The translations under genes and the position numbers were made by a program. Below are positions 11,901 through 22,650 of a stretch of 64,000 bases of DNA, piece after piece. The notes beneath the pieces were generated by a model, which did not search any database, was not told the DNA's origin, and was given only the letters and a program-made list of their open reading frames with translations. Source of the DNA: Synechococcales cyanobacterium (lineage in GTDB: Bacteria > Cyanobacteriota > Cyanobacteriia > CAKZMO01). The DNA lies in NCBI GenBank assembly GCA_035285585.1, contig JAYKGU010000164.1, positions 55,609 to 119,608 on the forward strand, written 5' to 3'. The first letter of the stretch is position 1. The number at the start of each line of letters is the position of its first letter.

Positions 11901-13641
11901 GGCCATCAAGCAGGTGGCGTCGGGGCGCTTTGGCGTTACGCCCGAGTATCTGATGAACGCCAAGCAGATTGAAATCAAAATGGCCCAGGGAGCCAAGCCT
12001 GGGGAAGGGGGACAGCTCCCTGGCAAGAAGGTAAGTCCCTACATTGCCATGCTGCGCCGCTCCAAGCCAGGGGTGCCGCTGATTTCGCCGCCGCCGCACC
12101 ACGACATCTACTCCATTGAGGATCTGGCCCAGCTCATTTTTGACCTGCACCAGATCAACCCGGCGGCCCAGGTTTCGGTGAAGCTGGTGGCAGAGATTGG
12201 CATCGGCACGATCGCCGCTGGCGTGGCCAAGGCGAATGCTGACATCATCCAAATCTCTGGCCATGACGGCGGTACGGGAGCCTCGCCCCTGAGTTCCATT
12301 AAGCACGCAGGCGTGCCCTGGGAACTGGGGGTCACCGAGGTGCATCGGGTGCTGATGGAAAATGAGTTGCGCGATCGCGTCATTTTGCGGGCCGATGGCG
12401 GCCTCAAGTCGGGCTGGGATGTGGTGATGGCCGCCCTCATGGGGGCTGAGGAATATGGCTTTGGCTCCATCGCCATGATTGCCGAGGGCTGCATCATGGC
12501 CCGCATCTGCCACACCAATAACTGCCCGGTGGGCGTCGCCACCCAGCAGGAAAAGCTGCGTAAGCGCTTTACCGGTACGCCGGAGCATGTGGTGAATTTC
12601 TTCTACTTTGTAGCCGAGGAGGTGCGATCGCTCCTGGCCCGCCTGGGCTACCGTTCTTTGCGGGAGATCGTTGGTCGCTCTGACCTGCTGCAAACCCGCC
12701 GCTTGGAGCGCCTCACCAAGACCCAGGCTCTCAACCTGAACTGCCTGCTCCAGCTCCCTGACGTGCGGCAGGATCGGAGCTGGCTTGACCACGAACCCGT
12801 CCACAGCAATGGCCCGATTCTAGATGATCAGATTCTTCAGGATCCGGCAATCCAGGAGGCGATCGCCCACCAGGGCAGCGTCGAGAAAACCGTTGCTATT
12901 CTTAACACCGATCGTACGGTGGGGACGCGGGTAGCAGGGGCGATCGCCCAACAGTATGGCAACACCGGTTTTGAAGGACAGATTACCCTAAACTTCAAGG
13001 GCAGCGCTGGGCAGAGCTTTGGAGCCTTCAACCTGCCGGGGATGACGTTGCGGCTCGAAGGCGAAGCCAATGATTACGTGGGCAAGGGCATGCACGGCGG
13101 CGAGATTATTATCAAACCTCTGCCCGAAGCCACCTATGACTCAGCCCAAAATGTCATCGTCGGCAATACCTGTCTCTATGGCGCGACAGGCGGCGTTTTG
13201 TACGCCAACGGCCAGGCGGGCGAGCGCTTTGCGGTGCGCAACTCCAAAGGGCAGGCGGTGATCGAAGGGGCCGGGGATCATTGCTGCGAGTACATGACAG
13301 GTGGCGTCGTGGTGGTGCTGGGTCGGGCCGGACGAAATATTGGTGCAGGCATGACGGGCGGTCTGGCCTACTTCCTGGACGAAGATCCGGCTTTCCCGGC
13401 TAAGGTGAATCCTGAGATTGTCAAAATTCAGCGAGTCACGGCTCCGTCAGGTGAAGTACAGCTCAAGTCCCTGATCCAAGCTCATTTTGAACGCACGGGC
13501 AGCAAACGGGCAAAGCAAATTCTAGATGCCTGGGCTGAATATCTACCCAGGTTCTGGCAGGTAGTGCCGCCTTCGGAGGCAGATACGCCGGAAGTGAGTG
13601 CTGAGGTATCGGCAGAAAAGGTTCTAACCCCCGCTGGATAG
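8956..13641 (+). CDS. gltS: Ferredoxin-dependent glutamate synthase (Fd-GOGAT)
   Basis: 1561 aa. The N-terminal amidotransferase carries the Cys1 motif ([11 protein letters not shown]). Central FMN/Fe-S and C-terminal GXGXG domains are present. The length matches cyanobacterial GlsF. Confidence 0.95.
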   Translation: MSVNHPNRVYSQGSPDGFAGQRWLVEERDACGVGFIADQQGRPSRSLLDKALAALTCLEHRGGCSADQDSGDGAGLLAAIPWEILRQWAASQGQSLSPDDRLAVGMVFLPQNEEAAAFARQAIEQGVIEAGFATVGWRAVPVNPAVLGRQAQENQPTIEQIIVKAAAPPVLALGDDDFERDLYVLRRRIGHAVLAIMASLDEETAESLRDLYFCSFSSRTIVYKGMVRSAVLGEFYLDLKNPDYVSPFAFYHRRFSTNTMPRWPLAQPMRLLGHNGEINTLLGNINWMMAREADLAHPVWGDRFEVLKPVVNAENSDSANLDNVLELLVRSGRSPLEALMMMVPEAYQNQPDLADHPEIVDFYEYFSGIQEPWDGPALLVFCDGKTVGAALDRNGLRPARYCITRDGCVVVASEAGVVPLAEEEIVEKGRLGPGQAIAVDLESHEVLKNWEIKQRVAGAQPYGQWLQENRRDLALQPFKANPNLEETALLRQQAAFGYTTEDVEMIIEAMAAQGKEPTFCMGDDTPLAVLSEKPRLLYDYFKQRFAQVTNPPIDPLRESLVMSLSMQLGERGNLLEERPEYARLLKLESPILNDAELAEIRDSEFQTQDLSTLYLVEHGPAGLQQAVEQVCQQATEAVQAGAKVLVLSDRLCPNGTPDGTSEQYTYIPPLLIVGAVHHHLIRQGLRMKASLVVDTAQCWSTHHFACLIGYGASAVCPYLAWETVRHWWMSPKTQTLMEKGRIDSLTVEEAQQNYRKAVEVGLLKILSKMGISLLSSYHGAQIFEAIGIGGDLLDLAFRGTTSRIGGLTVTELAQEVSAIHRRAFPELTAKKLQNFGFIQYRPGGEYHMNSPEMAKALHKAVAGKDYDHYEVYQTHIAQRPITALRDLLDFQSDRPSIPLEEVEPVEAIVSRFCTGGMSLGALSREAHETLAVAMNRIGGKSNSGEGGEDPTRYQVLADVDENGHSPLMPHLQGLRNGDTASSAIKQVASGRFGVTPEYLMNAKQIEIKMAQGAKPGEGGQLPGKKVSPYIAMLRRSKPGVPLISPPPHHDIYSIEDLAQLIFDLHQINPAAQVSVKLVAEIGIGTIAAGVAKANADIIQISGHDGGTGASPLSSIKHAGVPWELGVTEVHRVLMENELRDRVILRADGGLKSGWDVVMAALMGAEEYGFGSIAMIAEGCIMARICHTNNCPVGVATQQEKLRKRFTGTPEHVVNFFYFVAEEVRSLLARLGYRSLREIVGRSDLLQTRRLERLTKTQALNLNCLLQLPDVRQDRSWLDHEPVHSNGPILDDQILQDPAIQEAIAHQGSVEKTVAILNTDRTVGTRVAGAIAQQYGNTGFEGQITLNFKGSAGQSFGAFNLPGMTLRLEGEANDYVGKGMHGGEIIIKPLPEATYDSAQNVIVGNTCLYGATGGVLYANGQAGERFAVRNSKGQAVIEGAGDHCCEYMTGGVVVVLGRAGRNIGAGMTGGLAYFLDEDPAFPAKVNPEIVKIQRVTAPSGEVQLKSLIQAHFERTGSKRAKQILDAWAEYLPRFWQVVPPSEADTPEVSAEVSAEKVLTPAG

Positions 13642-13702
13642 GCCGATTAAATTACTGAAACAGCGTCCACACAACTAACAACATTCCACCAGGAAGATCT
13701 GA

Positions 13703-13730
13703 CGGGAGGCAATTGTTTGCCTCCCGTTTT
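13703..13730 (+). terminator. Rho-independent terminator after gltS
   Basis: GGGAGGCAATTGTTTGCCTCCC hairpin followed by GTTTT. Confidence 0.7.
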
Positions 13731-14031
13731 ACTGAAGGGCTGAAATCTGTCAGGAATCAGCCATCGCAGGGCTGTAGATCAATCTAAAGCTGGCGCGGCA
13801 ACAACTGGCATCATCGTTCCTTCATTAAATATCCGTAAGAGATCGAGTCATATGTTGAAGGTTTCACATACTGAGCTAGATCTTTGGCTCCTCTTGATAA
13901 AGAGACCTGCTGAATCGGTCTACACTGCTGTGAAGTGCCTGATATAGCCAGGTTACCTGTTCGGAACTCCCTGAAATGTTAGTTGGTCAGTAATCGCGGG
14001 AATAATACCTTCGAATACTGAGATTGCCCCC

Positions 14032-15384
14032 TTGTTATCTGGAGCAACTGAGACGATCACTATGCCTGCACAACCTATCCCAGCACAACCACCCTACGCT
14101 GAACTTGATTCTGATCAATCATCGAAACCGGCAGGTTTTGAGGCAGACGACGCTGATCCAAATAACGGCGACTTTGATGATAGTGCTTTTGAAGCCAGTG
14201 CCCTGGCAGACCGAATGGCTGACGGTTCTGTCGATGTTGAGTTGGTCAACCTGGACTTCGATGATGCTGAGGCACAAGCCCTTAATCGCGGTGCCAGTCG
14301 GCGCACCACTGATCTGGTCAGGATGTATCTTCAAGAAATTGGCCGGGTCCGGCTACTGGGACGCGATGAAGAGGTCGCTGAAGCCCAAAAAGTGCAGCGC
14401 TACATGCGACTGTTGGATTTGTGCCATGAGGCTGCAGCAAAAGATGATGAAGTCCTCCAGCGCTACGTCAAGCTCATTGAGACCCACGATCGCCTCCACT
14501 CCAACCTGGGGCATCGTCCCTCATGGGAGCGATGGGCCTCCGAGTTTGGCACTACCGTTGCCGATTTGAAAGCCTTTCTCACCGAGGGCAAGCACCAGTG
14601 GGCCGCCATCGCCCAGATGCCCCTCTCTGAGCTGGAGCAAATTCAGGCTGAGGGGATCAACGCCAAGGATCACATGATCAAGGCCAACCTGCGTCTGGTG
14701 GTGTCGGTGGCCAAGAAGTACCAAAATCGGGGATTGGAGCTATTGGATCTGATCCAGGAAGGTACCCTGGGCCTGGAGCGGGCGGTGGACAAGTTTGACC
14801 CCACCAAGGGTTACCGGTTCAGCACCTATGCCTACTGGTGGATTCGGCAGGGGATTACGCGGGCGATCGCCACTCAAAGCCGCACCATTCGCCTCCCGGT
14901 TCACATCACTGAAAAGCTCAACAAAATTAAGAAGGCCCAGCGCAAAATTTCCCAGCTCAAAGGCCGCACCCCCACCATTGAGGACATCGCCACCGAGCTG
15001 GACATGACGCCGCCCCAGGTGCGGGAGGTACTGCTGCGGGTGCCCCGCTCCGTTTCCCTGGAAACTAAGGTGGGCAAAGAGCGGGATACGGAACTGGGTG
15101 AGCTGCTGGAAACCGACTGTGTTTCCCCAGAAGAAATGCTGATGCGGGAGTCGCTGCACCGAGATCTGCAGCAGTTGCTCACCGATCTGACCACCCGTGA
15201 GCGGGACGTGATTCGGATGCGCTTCGGGTTGGGAGATGGCAATCCCTACTCCCTGGCGGAAATTGGTCGGGCGCTGGATCTGTCACGGGAGCGGGTGCGG
15301 CAAATTGAGGCCAAGGCTTTACAGAAGCTGCGGCAACCCAAGCGGCGCAACCGCATTCGCGATTATCTGGAAGCGTTGACCTGA
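14032..15384 (+). CDS. rpoD: RNA polymerase sigma-70 factor, RpoD/SigA family (length suggests the group 1 principal sigma factor)
   Basis: Regions 1.2-4.2 are recognisable (DLVRMYLQEIGRVRLL, IKANLRLVVSVAKKY, GYRFSTYAYWWIRQGITRAIA, the helix-turn-helix in 4.2). It has an acidic N-terminal extension. The start could be the downstream ATG at about 14062. Confidence 0.85.
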   Translation: MLSGATETITMPAQPIPAQPPYAELDSDQSSKPAGFEADDADPNNGDFDDSAFEASALADRMADGSVDVELVNLDFDDAEAQALNRGASRRTTDLVRMYLQEIGRVRLLGRDEEVAEAQKVQRYMRLLDLCHEAAAKDDEVLQRYVKLIETHDRLHSNLGHRPSWERWASEFGTTVADLKAFLTEGKHQWAAIAQMPLSELEQIQAEGINAKDHMIKANLRLVVSVAKKYQNRGLELLDLIQEGTLGLERAVDKFDPTKGYRFSTYAYWWIRQGITRAIATQSRTIRLPVHITEKLNKIKKAQRKISQLKGRTPTIEDIATELDMTPPQVREVLLRVPRSVSLETKVGKERDTELGELLETDCVSPEEMLMRESLHRDLQQLLTDLTTRERDVIRMRFGLGDGNPYSLAEIGRALDLSRERVRQIEAKALQKLRQPKRRNRIRDYLEALT

Positions 15385-15656
15385 TTGCCTGGGTCGGCTG
15401 ACCGAACTTCTCTTAGAAAATTTAGACAATCCTATCGGGTGGAACTGCGAATAGCGGTTTCACTTTTTCTATGGAAACGATAGGGAAAAGGGGTGGGAGG
15501 ATAGCAGCGGATATTTGTTGCGAATAATAACAGTATGTATCAACTCTTAACGTATAAAGTTGCTCGGAGGATGGGTTGACTTGATAGACTTGATGGCGTG
15601 ATCAGCGTCCAGACCAACCTCTAGAACGAGCACTTTAGAACGAGCAGTTTAGACCG

Positions 15657-16733
15657 ATGGTAGATTCTCTCAAGAAACCAGATTTTCAAGAACTTCGCCC
15701 CGGCATCAAAGCTCCTGCAAAGGAAACGCTGCTGACGCCGCGCTTTTACACCACTGACTTTGATGAAATGGCGGCGATGGACATCTCGCCTAATGAAGAT
15801 GAGCTGCGGGCGATTTTAGAAGAGTTCCGCACCGACTATAACCGCCACCACTTTGTCCGGGACGAAGAGTTTGAGCAGTCCTGGGATCACATTGATGGAG
15901 AAACGCGGAAGCTGTTTGTCGAGTTCTTAGAGCGGTCTTGCACGGCAGAATTTTCTGGCTTTTTGCTCTACAAAGAACTTTCGCGCAAGCTGAAAGGCCG
16001 GAATCCTCTGCTGGCGGAGTGTTTCCTGCTGATGTCGCGGGATGAGGCGCGCCATGCGGGCTTTTTGAACAAGGCCATGTCCGACTTCAACCTGTCGTTG
16101 GATCTCGGTTTCTTGACCAAAAACCGCAGCTACACCTTCTTTAAGCCCAAATTCATCTTTTACGCCACCTACCTCTCTGAAAAGATCGGCTACTGGCGCT
16201 ACATCACCATCTACCGCCATCTGGAATCTCACCCAGAAGATCGCATTTACCCTATCTTCCGCTTCTTTGAGAACTGGTGCCAGGACGAGAACCGCCACGG
16301 TGATTTCTTCGACGCTATCATGCGTGCCCAGCCCAGCATGCTCAACGACTGGAAAGCCAAGCTGTGGTGCCGCTTCTTCCTGCTCTCGGTGTTTGCCACC
16401 ATGTACCTCAATGACCTGCAGCGGTCGGGCTTCTACGCGGCCCTGGGTCTGGATGCACGGGAGTATGACATCCATGTCATTCAAAAGACCAATGACACGG
16501 CGGCTCGAGTCTTCCCGGTCATTCTCAACGTTGACCATCCAGAGTTCTTCGCCCGATTGGATCTCTGTGCGCGGAACAACCAGGCCCTGGCCAAGATTGA
16601 AGAATCAAACCAGCCGAAGGTTCTTAAGTTCTTCCGCAAGCTGCCCTTTTTCATTGCCAGCGGTTGGCAGATTCTGCGGCTTTACCTGATGAAACCCATC
16701 AGTGCCCAGGTTCTAGAGGGAACGGTGCGGTAA
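15657..16733 (+). CDS. acsF: Mg-protoporphyrin IX monomethyl ester (oxidative) cyclase, aerobic
   Basis: 358 aa with near-identical blocks to known AcsF/CHL27 ([34 protein letters not shown], di-iron ExxH motifs). Confidence 0.93.
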   Translation: MVDSLKKPDFQELRPGIKAPAKETLLTPRFYTTDFDEMAAMDISPNEDELRAILEEFRTDYNRHHFVRDEEFEQSWDHIDGETRKLFVEFLERSCTAEFSGFLLYKELSRKLKGRNPLLAECFLLMSRDEARHAGFLNKAMSDFNLSLDLGFLTKNRSYTFFKPKFIFYATYLSEKIGYWRYITIYRHLESHPEDRIYPIFRFFENWCQDENRHGDFFDAIMRAQPSMLNDWKAKLWCRFFLLSVFATMYLNDLQRSGFYAALGLDAREYDIHVIQKTNDTAARVFPVILNVDHPEFFARLDLCARNNQALAKIEESNQPKVLKFFRKLPFFIASGWQILRLYLMKPISAQVLEGTVR

Positions 16734-16753
16734 TCGGTTTGGGCAAAACCTGA

Positions 16754-16788
16754 AAAAAGCGGTTCTGTTAGACAGGGCCGCTTTTTTG
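16754..16788 (+). terminator. Rho-independent terminator after acsF
   Basis: AAAAGCGG...CCGCTTTT 8-bp stem followed by TTTTGTGG. Confidence 0.65.
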
Positions 16789-16917
16789 TGGGAAGGTTGT
16801 GCAGCATTCAGGCTAAACCTGTGGGGGTGGTAGGCAGTGCCCGCCCTGCGGAATCGTTATTTGGGGTATCGGACTGTGAAGGGAAATCAATGGATTCGGA
16901 GCCGTAGAAAGGAAGAG

Positions 16918-17685
16918 ATGGGAGCGGTGGCTTGCCGATGGGGAGCACGTATTGCCCTCTCACCGCTGCTGTTCCTCCTCGCTGCACCTGCCTTCCCGCT
17001 GGATTCAACCGTGCCTTTTTCTGAAACCCCTCAGACGGCTCCAGATGGGCTGCCAGTTAGCGCTGAAGAAATTTTGGTGACGCAGGCAGCAAATCTGGAG
17101 CTAGATCCCGCCATTTTAGAAGATAGTCCTGTGCTGCAGCGCTGGCTGGAGGAAATCCCCGATGTGCTGGAAGACATACGCACCGATCCCAGCTTTCGTA
17201 CCCGCTTGCGGATAGGCTACAGCCGCGTGCCCACCTCGGACGAAGATGGTTTGATCGTAGGGGTGGAGGATGTGTTTATTGGGCGGACAGGGCTGACCCT
17301 GAATGCAGATTATCAGGGGGACTTGGGGGGCGATCGCCACAGTTTTGGCGGAGATTTGCGCTACTACGCCCTGCCCCTGGGAGGATATGTGAACCTGGGG
17401 CCAGTGCTGGGCTATCGTCGCGTGGATACGGGGGGCGATCGCGCGGATGGCGTCAACCTGGGGCTGCGGCTGCTGTTTGTTCCCTCGCGCACTGGGGCTG
17501 CGGACATTGCGCTGATGCAAACCTGGGTCAATCCAGGCAGCGACGACCAGGGTGCCAGCCTGTCCACCTTATCAGTAGGCTATGCCGTGACCCGCCAACT
17601 GCGCCTTGCCAGCGAAATTCAGGTCCAGGTGCTGCCCGACGATCAGGATACGCGATTCTCTGTTTTGCTGGAATGGATGCCGTGA
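16918..17685 (+). CDS. Hypothetical secreted/periplasmic protein
   Basis: ATG at 16918 is preceded by GGAAGAG (SD-like). The N-terminus MGAVACRWGARIALSPLLFLLAAPAFP looks like a signal peptide. No recognisable domain. The track ORF starts 27 codons upstream. Confidence 0.5.
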   Translation: MGAVACRWGARIALSPLLFLLAAPAFPLDSTVPFSETPQTAPDGLPVSAEEILVTQAANLELDPAILEDSPVLQRWLEEIPDVLEDIRTDPSFRTRLRIGYSRVPTSDEDGLIVGVEDVFIGRTGLTLNADYQGDLGGDRHSFGGDLRYYALPLGGYVNLGPVLGYRRVDTGGDRADGVNLGLRLLFVPSRTGAADIALMQTWVNPGSDDQGASLSTLSVGYAVTRQLRLASEIQVQVLPDDQDTRFSVLLEWMP

Positions 17686-17858
17686 CATTTTCCCGACGCT
17701 GCCCTCGTGGGAACAGGGTGGGACTCATTGCTCCCCAGACCCCTCAGAAGTTAAAACTCTCGTGTTTTGAGGGAACGTTCGGGTTAAAACTGTGGGTAAG
17801 GTGAGCCGTTCCCACCTCCGGTGCTCAGGTGTTGAGTTTTTTGGAGCTAAGTAGGTCA

Positions 17859-17938
17859 GCACAATTAAATTCATGTTAGAAAACCGGGGGAGCGCCCCAG
17901 CGGGGCGCTCCCCCGGTTTTCTAACCTTCGTTTTTCAA
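17859..17938. repeat. Palindromic terminator-like repeat element, copy 2
   Basis: GTTAGAAAACCGGGGGAGCGCCCC/GGGGCGCTCCCCCGGTTTTCTAAC near-perfect hairpin followed by TTCGTTTTTCAA. The left flank GCACAATTAAATTCATGTTAGAAAACCGGGG is the exact reverse complement of 57509-57540. Confidence 0.75.
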
Positions 17939-18020
17939 TACAGTTCTACTTAAGAGAAACGATTGAAACCTGGGAAACCTAAAACAGTGTCTGGTGCAGT
18001 GAGTAGATTAGTAACCGACC

Positions 18021-19460
18021 ATGACTGTGTTATCTCCCCTTGATGAGGCTGTCCGCGACATCAGTCTGGCACAGCATCTGCCACGGATTAAAAAGCTGCT
18101 CGTCTATGCCTGTACCCAGCAGTGGGAGTCTGATCCTCGTCAGTTAGCAGGCTATCACCTCCATGATTTGCTGGAAGCGCTACTGCATCGGGCTCCAACG
18201 GTTGAGCGACTGCAGGCCCTGCTCTATCAGTTGACCGACTGCCTAAGCAAGCCAGCGGAATATACCCTGATCGCAAATCTCATCATCGAGCAGCTCCGTC
18301 CACTTTATGAGGACGGCACGGAGTCGGTGACGCCCGTCAGCCATCATTTTCCGGTGTGTGAGGCGATCGCCCATCAGCTTGCCCAAGATCCCCAGGCGTT
18401 GCGGGTTAAAAAGCTGCTGGTGCTCCTCTGCCGCAGCGTTTGGGAGCGGGATGCCCAGCGGCTAGACTGTATCCCCTGGGAAAGCCTGGTGCGGGAACTC
18501 TATCAGCGGGCACAGACCTCCGACCAGCTGCGGGCCGCCTTGAACAGCGCGGTGCGAACTTTGAATAAGCGAACCGAGTACGGGGCGATCGCTCGCACTA
18601 TTCTGCAAGCCTGCGAGCCACTTTATTGGGATGCCGCCAACTCTGGCGGAGAAATCCGGTCCAACAGTGCTGTCCCCACAACGGGGATCATGGAACCGGC
18701 GATCGCGGCAACCATCGATAGTGCACCTCCAGCCGATGCCGCTCTCCCCAGCCCGCCCGCTTCACTGGTGGTCAAAGCGCTGGATGAGCTGGACTGGTTT
18801 GAGCTACGGCTGGAGATTATGAAATACACTAATCCCCTGCTGGCAAAGCAGCTTTTGCTGGCAGTGCTCTATCCATCCACTGCCAAGGAGCAGAGTAACC
18901 AATCTCCCGCCAACTGGCAGGCGGCAGGCTGGCGCACGCTGCGGGAACACGATTTGGGCGGCCTGCTGCGGCGGTTTTTGCTGCCGGGTCACTCCCTCGC
19001 CGAACTGGAAACAGCCCTGGTGACCGCCGTTCAGCAGCTAAATGCCCCCCATCACTATCCCCAGGTGGCCGCCACCCTGCTGCGGATCATTCGCCCCGTG
19101 CTGGTACCGGCGCGATCGCAGTCTGAGCACCGCCCCGACAAACAGGCCGAACTCCCCGAAAATTACCTCCAGACCTGCCAAATTGCCGCCTCTACGACCC
19201 TGCTGGAACGGTCCAGCACCCTGTCTCAGGAAACGGATCTGAGCGATGCCTCCCACAGCTATTCCCAGACCCTGGGACTGCCCTCTACCAACCCTCAATG
19301 CTCGGCTAATCCACCGGCTGGGGATGACGGGGGGGCAACGGCGGCCTTGACCGACAACGAGTTAGAAACCCTGGATATGGCGATACTCACACCGCACGGT
19401 CAATTCAATGCCGCCGATCCTGCCGCCACCGCCTTTCACGGGGCCTCTCCTCAGGGGTAG
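18021..19460 (+). CDS. Hypothetical protein with three ~110-aa internal repeats
   Basis: Repeated module R(I/V)KKLLV..C...WE.D...L.....L...L. No known domain recognised. Confidence 0.55.
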   Translation: MTVLSPLDEAVRDISLAQHLPRIKKLLVYACTQQWESDPRQLAGYHLHDLLEALLHRAPTVERLQALLYQLTDCLSKPAEYTLIANLIIEQLRPLYEDGTESVTPVSHHFPVCEAIAHQLAQDPQALRVKKLLVLLCRSVWERDAQRLDCIPWESLVRELYQRAQTSDQLRAALNSAVRTLNKRTEYGAIARTILQACEPLYWDAANSGGEIRSNSAVPTTGIMEPAIAATIDSAPPADAALPSPPASLVVKALDELDWFELRLEIMKYTNPLLAKQLLLAVLYPSTAKEQSNQSPANWQAAGWRTLREHDLGGLLRRFLLPGHSLAELETALVTAVQQLNAPHHYPQVAATLLRIIRPVLVPARSQSEHRPDKQAELPENYLQTCQIAASTTLLERSSTLSQETDLSDASHSYSQTLGLPSTNPQCSANPPAGDDGGATAALTDNELETLDMAILTPHGQFNAADPAATAFHGASPQG

Positions 19461-19525
19461 CCCACTGCCCAGCCAACGCTGAAAACTCAACCTTCGAGCA
19501 TTTTTGGAATTGATGTAAACCGACC

Positions 19526-20518
19526 ATGGAAGCCAGCGAATTATTGCAGCGATATGCGGACAAAGACATCAACTTTGCCGGGGAGAATCTGACCGGCATG
19601 AACCTGTCAGAAGCCGACCTGATTGGCATTAATTTGAGCGGCGCAGACCTGCGCAATGCCTCCCTGGTGCTGAGCTATTTGAATCGGGCCACCCTGGACT
19701 ATGCCCACCTGGTGGCTGCCAATCTGAGTGGGGCCAATCTCACCCAGGCCAGCCTGGTTCGCGCCGTGCTAAAAGACGCCAACCTGCATGGCGCATTGCT
19801 CCAGGGGGCTGACCTGCGAAGTACCGATCTGACGCTGGCAGATTTACTCGACGCCAATTTGATGGACGCAGACCTGCGCAACGCCGACCTCAGTGGAGCC
19901 AACCTCACGGGCGCTTGCCTGCGGGGGGCGAACCTGCGGGAGGAAAACCGCCGCTATAACGCCAACCTGCGGGGGGCCAACCTGCGGAAGGTGGACCTGC
20001 GGGGAGCAAACTTAACGGGGGCAGATCTGGCCAGGGTGGATCTGCGGGGGGCGAATTTGAGCGAGGCGTGCCTGCGGGGGGCAGATCTGCAGGGGGCGGA
20101 TTTAGGTGATGCGAACCTGGTGGGGGCGTTTTTAACCGAGGCCGACCTGACCCAGGCATCCCTGCGCCATGCCAATTTGACCAACGCCAAGCTGGAGCGA
20201 TCGCACCTGAGCGGAGCCGACCTGGCCACCGTCATCCTCATTGGCGCGATTTTACCCGACGCGGATCTGAGCAACGCTAACCTGGCCTGGGCAATTCTCA
20301 CGGGGGCACAGCTTAACCGCACAAATTTGAGCCGCGCCAATCTGCGTCAAACTAATTTGAAGGAAGCAAACCTGACGGACGCCTATCTGGCCCGCGCCGA
20401 TTTAACGGATGCGGATTTGACCGATGCCAGCCTGGTGCGAGCAGAGCTGAGCAGCACGACCCTGACCGGAGCCATCCTCGCGGGGGCCACCCTGCCCGAT
20501 GGCAGCATCCATCCCTGA
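19526..20518 (+). CDS. Pentapeptide repeat protein
   Basis: About 60 consecutive A(D/N)LxG/ADLRx pentapeptides across 330 aa. Confidence 0.85.
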   Translation: MEASELLQRYADKDINFAGENLTGMNLSEADLIGINLSGADLRNASLVLSYLNRATLDYAHLVAANLSGANLTQASLVRAVLKDANLHGALLQGADLRSTDLTLADLLDANLMDADLRNADLSGANLTGACLRGANLREENRRYNANLRGANLRKVDLRGANLTGADLARVDLRGANLSEACLRGADLQGADLGDANLVGAFLTEADLTQASLRHANLTNAKLERSHLSGADLATVILIGAILPDADLSNANLAWAILTGAQLNRTNLSRANLRQTNLKEANLTDAYLARADLTDADLTDASLVRAELSSTTLTGAILAGATLPDGSIHP

Positions 20519-20563
20519 CCCACCAGCCCCCGGTTCCCTCCCTCACGAGATGGAAGCTGCTCT

Positions 20564-21142
20564 TCAGGTGCGCACCTTCCACAGGCAGCTTGAAATCAGG
20601 TTAGTCGTCACATGGGCGGCGATGGGTACCAGCAGGCTGTGGGTTTCGACGGCACTGAAGCCCAGCAGCAAACCGATGATCGAGGCCCAAACGATGTAGG
20701 GCCACTGCTGTTTGCCGCTGAAGTGAAGGACGCCAAAGCAGAGGCTGGATATGACAATTCCCATCCAATTAAGGCCAATGGCGGGCAGCATCACGCCGCG
20801 AAACAGCAGTTCTTCGCTCATACCAGGAAGCAGCCCAAGCCAGATCAGGTCAATCCACAGCAGCGGCTTGAGCACCATCTCCAGATAATGCTCGGCGCTC
20901 TGGCGATAGGCGGGCCAAAGCTGGTAAATGACGCCACTCATGAGGGTGATGCCGACTCCCAGCCCCACGCCGATGAGCAGACGGGTTAGGCTCCAGTTAA
21001 GGGAAAGGAGCGTGGCCGGGTCAAACCACAGCCACACCTGCGATACCACCAGCAAGACAATGGCCGTCACCCCCATGGCCGATAGGATTTGAAAACGGGT
21101 AAGCGGCTCGGTGTCGGGATGGGGGGAGAACGGTTGGGTCAC
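20564..21142 (-). CDS. CPBP-family intramembrane metalloprotease (CAAX protease / Abi-like)
   Basis: 192 aa multi-TM protein with the EELLFRG motif and downstream His motifs. Its start overlaps the stop of the upstream gene by 4 bp. Confidence 0.75.
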   Translation of the reverse strand: MTQPFSPHPDTEPLTRFQILSAMGVTAIVLLVVSQVWLWFDPATLLSLNWSLTRLLIGVGLGVGITLMSGVIYQLWPAYRQSAEHYLEMVLKPLLWIDLIWLGLLPGMSEELLFRGVMLPAIGLNWMGIVISSLCFGVLHFSGKQQWPYIVWASIIGLLLGFSAVETHSLLVPIAAHVTTNLISSCLWKVRT

Positions 21143-22293
21143 AGTGGGGATGGCATAGAAGGGATAAAGCTGGAAGGGGGGCGATCGCCCTTAGCCCTGG
21201 ACAAAGGAATATCGGGCAAGGGTTGCAGGGCCAGTACCTGAGGTCGCAGCGCATCGAGGGAAACGCCCGCCTTGAGGGCCACCAGTGCCCCCAACGCTTC
21301 CATATATGATTGTAGCCGCAGAGCCGGAATGCCCAATGCCTCTGGGGGGGTCTGCATAGTGGTGGTATTTTCTGCCACGGCGAGAATACGGGTACGGGTG
21401 GAAGCGAGGCTCAATACGGCACTGCCGCCGCAGGCCGTTGCGGGCACCACCAGCGCATCGACCTGATCGGCCCAGAGGGCTGGCGCAGTGGAGCGGCAAT
21501 CAGGATTGGTGACAAACTGGGGCGCACGGCTGAGGCCCACCAGGACGCAGGGCAGAAAGGTGTAGCCCAGTTCCTCCGCCGCCGTGCGGGGCGACACCTG
21601 CGGATCGACATCGAGGGGCGCAAGGGCCGGGGCATGGGCACAGGGAACGTGAAAGGTGCGGACAACCAGGTGGCTGATCACCGCCTCGGCTCCCGCCAAA
21701 GGATCGACCCCCTGTCCCTGGCGGTAGTGGTGGAAGTTCTCGCTGTCTTCGTCATCGGGGAAGCGGGCGACAACGGCGATCGCCTCGGCCCCCGCCTGGG
21801 TAATCAACCGCTCCGCCGCCCGCAGCAGACTATCCGGTCGTTGAATCGTACCCCAGGTAGCCCCCGATTTCGCCTGGGAAAGGCTCACTCCCAGGGGGGC
21901 ATCGGTGACGACATAGTCGGCCAGCTCCAGCCCCAGGGTGGCACGGGCAGCATCGGCCACCTGGAGATGGCGCAGGCGCAGCTCTGGCTCAATCCCCCGA
22001 TCCAGCAGCAGGCCAACCCGATTTTGCCGCACGGGACGCAGCCCCCAGCGACCTGCCGCCACCTGATCCAGCCCGTACCCTTCCACGTAGAGGACGTTCT
22101 CCATGGGCCAGTAGAGCTGGGCACCGTTGAGGACGTTCGGATGGGTGATCAGACAGTCGGCAATTTGGGCGATCGCCCGCGCCATTGGCAACGCATCCCC
22201 CGCGTAGCCCCCCATAGCCGCACCAATGCCCGTGGGCACGATGAGCATCACGGTAAACGGTGAAGATTGTGAACGGATCGGGGACATCAGCAA
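21139..22293 (-). CDS. Conserved hypothetical protein, DUF3326-like (cyanobacteria/plastid lineage)
   Basis: 384 aa. The N-terminal LIVPTGIGAAMGGYAGDALP block matches my recollection of the DUF3326 family. Assignment is from memory and should be confirmed by an HMM search. Confidence 0.5.
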   Translation of the reverse strand: MLMSPIRSQSSPFTVMLIVPTGIGAAMGGYAGDALPMARAIAQIADCLITHPNVLNGAQLYWPMENVLYVEGYGLDQVAAGRWGLRPVRQNRVGLLLDRGIEPELRLRHLQVADAARATLGLELADYVVTDAPLGVSLSQAKSGATWGTIQRPDSLLRAAERLITQAGAEAIAVVARFPDDEDSENFHHYRQGQGVDPLAGAEAVISHLVVRTFHVPCAHAPALAPLDVDPQVSPRTAAEELGYTFLPCVLVGLSRAPQFVTNPDCRSTAPALWADQVDALVVPATACGGSAVLSLASTRTRILAVAENTTTMQTPPEALGIPALRLQSYMEALGALVALKAGVSLDALRPQVLALQPLPDIPLSRAKGDRPPSSFIPSMPSPL

Positions 22294-22296
22294 TAA

Positions 22297-22536
22297 TCAA
22301 GAATGACCAGGGGTAATGACCACGGCTTCGATTTGGGCAGTTTGGCGATCGCCATTCACCCCGGTAATCGACCAGCGCAGCGGCTCACCGATGGCGGTCA
22401 ACTGGGCCTCAATAGCCTGCTGCAAATCTGACAGCGAAGCCGACAGGGCAACTTCGGTGGCTACGAACTGCAGCCCCCCCACGGGTTGGCCAGGGATTGT
22501 ATCGGATGCGGGTACTCGTTGGTTTGCCTGTAACAT
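22297..22536 (-). CDS. Small hypothetical protein (79 aa)
   Basis: ORF ends 3 bp before the start of the DUF3326-like gene. No recognisable motif. Confidence 0.4.
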   Translation of the reverse strand: MLQANQRVPASDTIPGQPVGGLQFVATEVALSASLSDLQQAIEAQLTAIGEPLRWSITGVNGDRQTAQIEAVVITPGHS

Positions 22537-22650
22537 GGGCCATTTGACTGAGCGCTGGGTGCGCCTGACGGGCTGCCGAGCAGACAGACCCGGTTAGGCG
22601 AAAAATCCTGCAGGGCGAATAGCCATTTACCCCTGCCGTGGGTCTTGACT

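Noticed and set aside
11374-12804. 476-aa minus-strand ORF
   Set aside because: Antisense within gltS. It is an artefact of high GC and codon bias.
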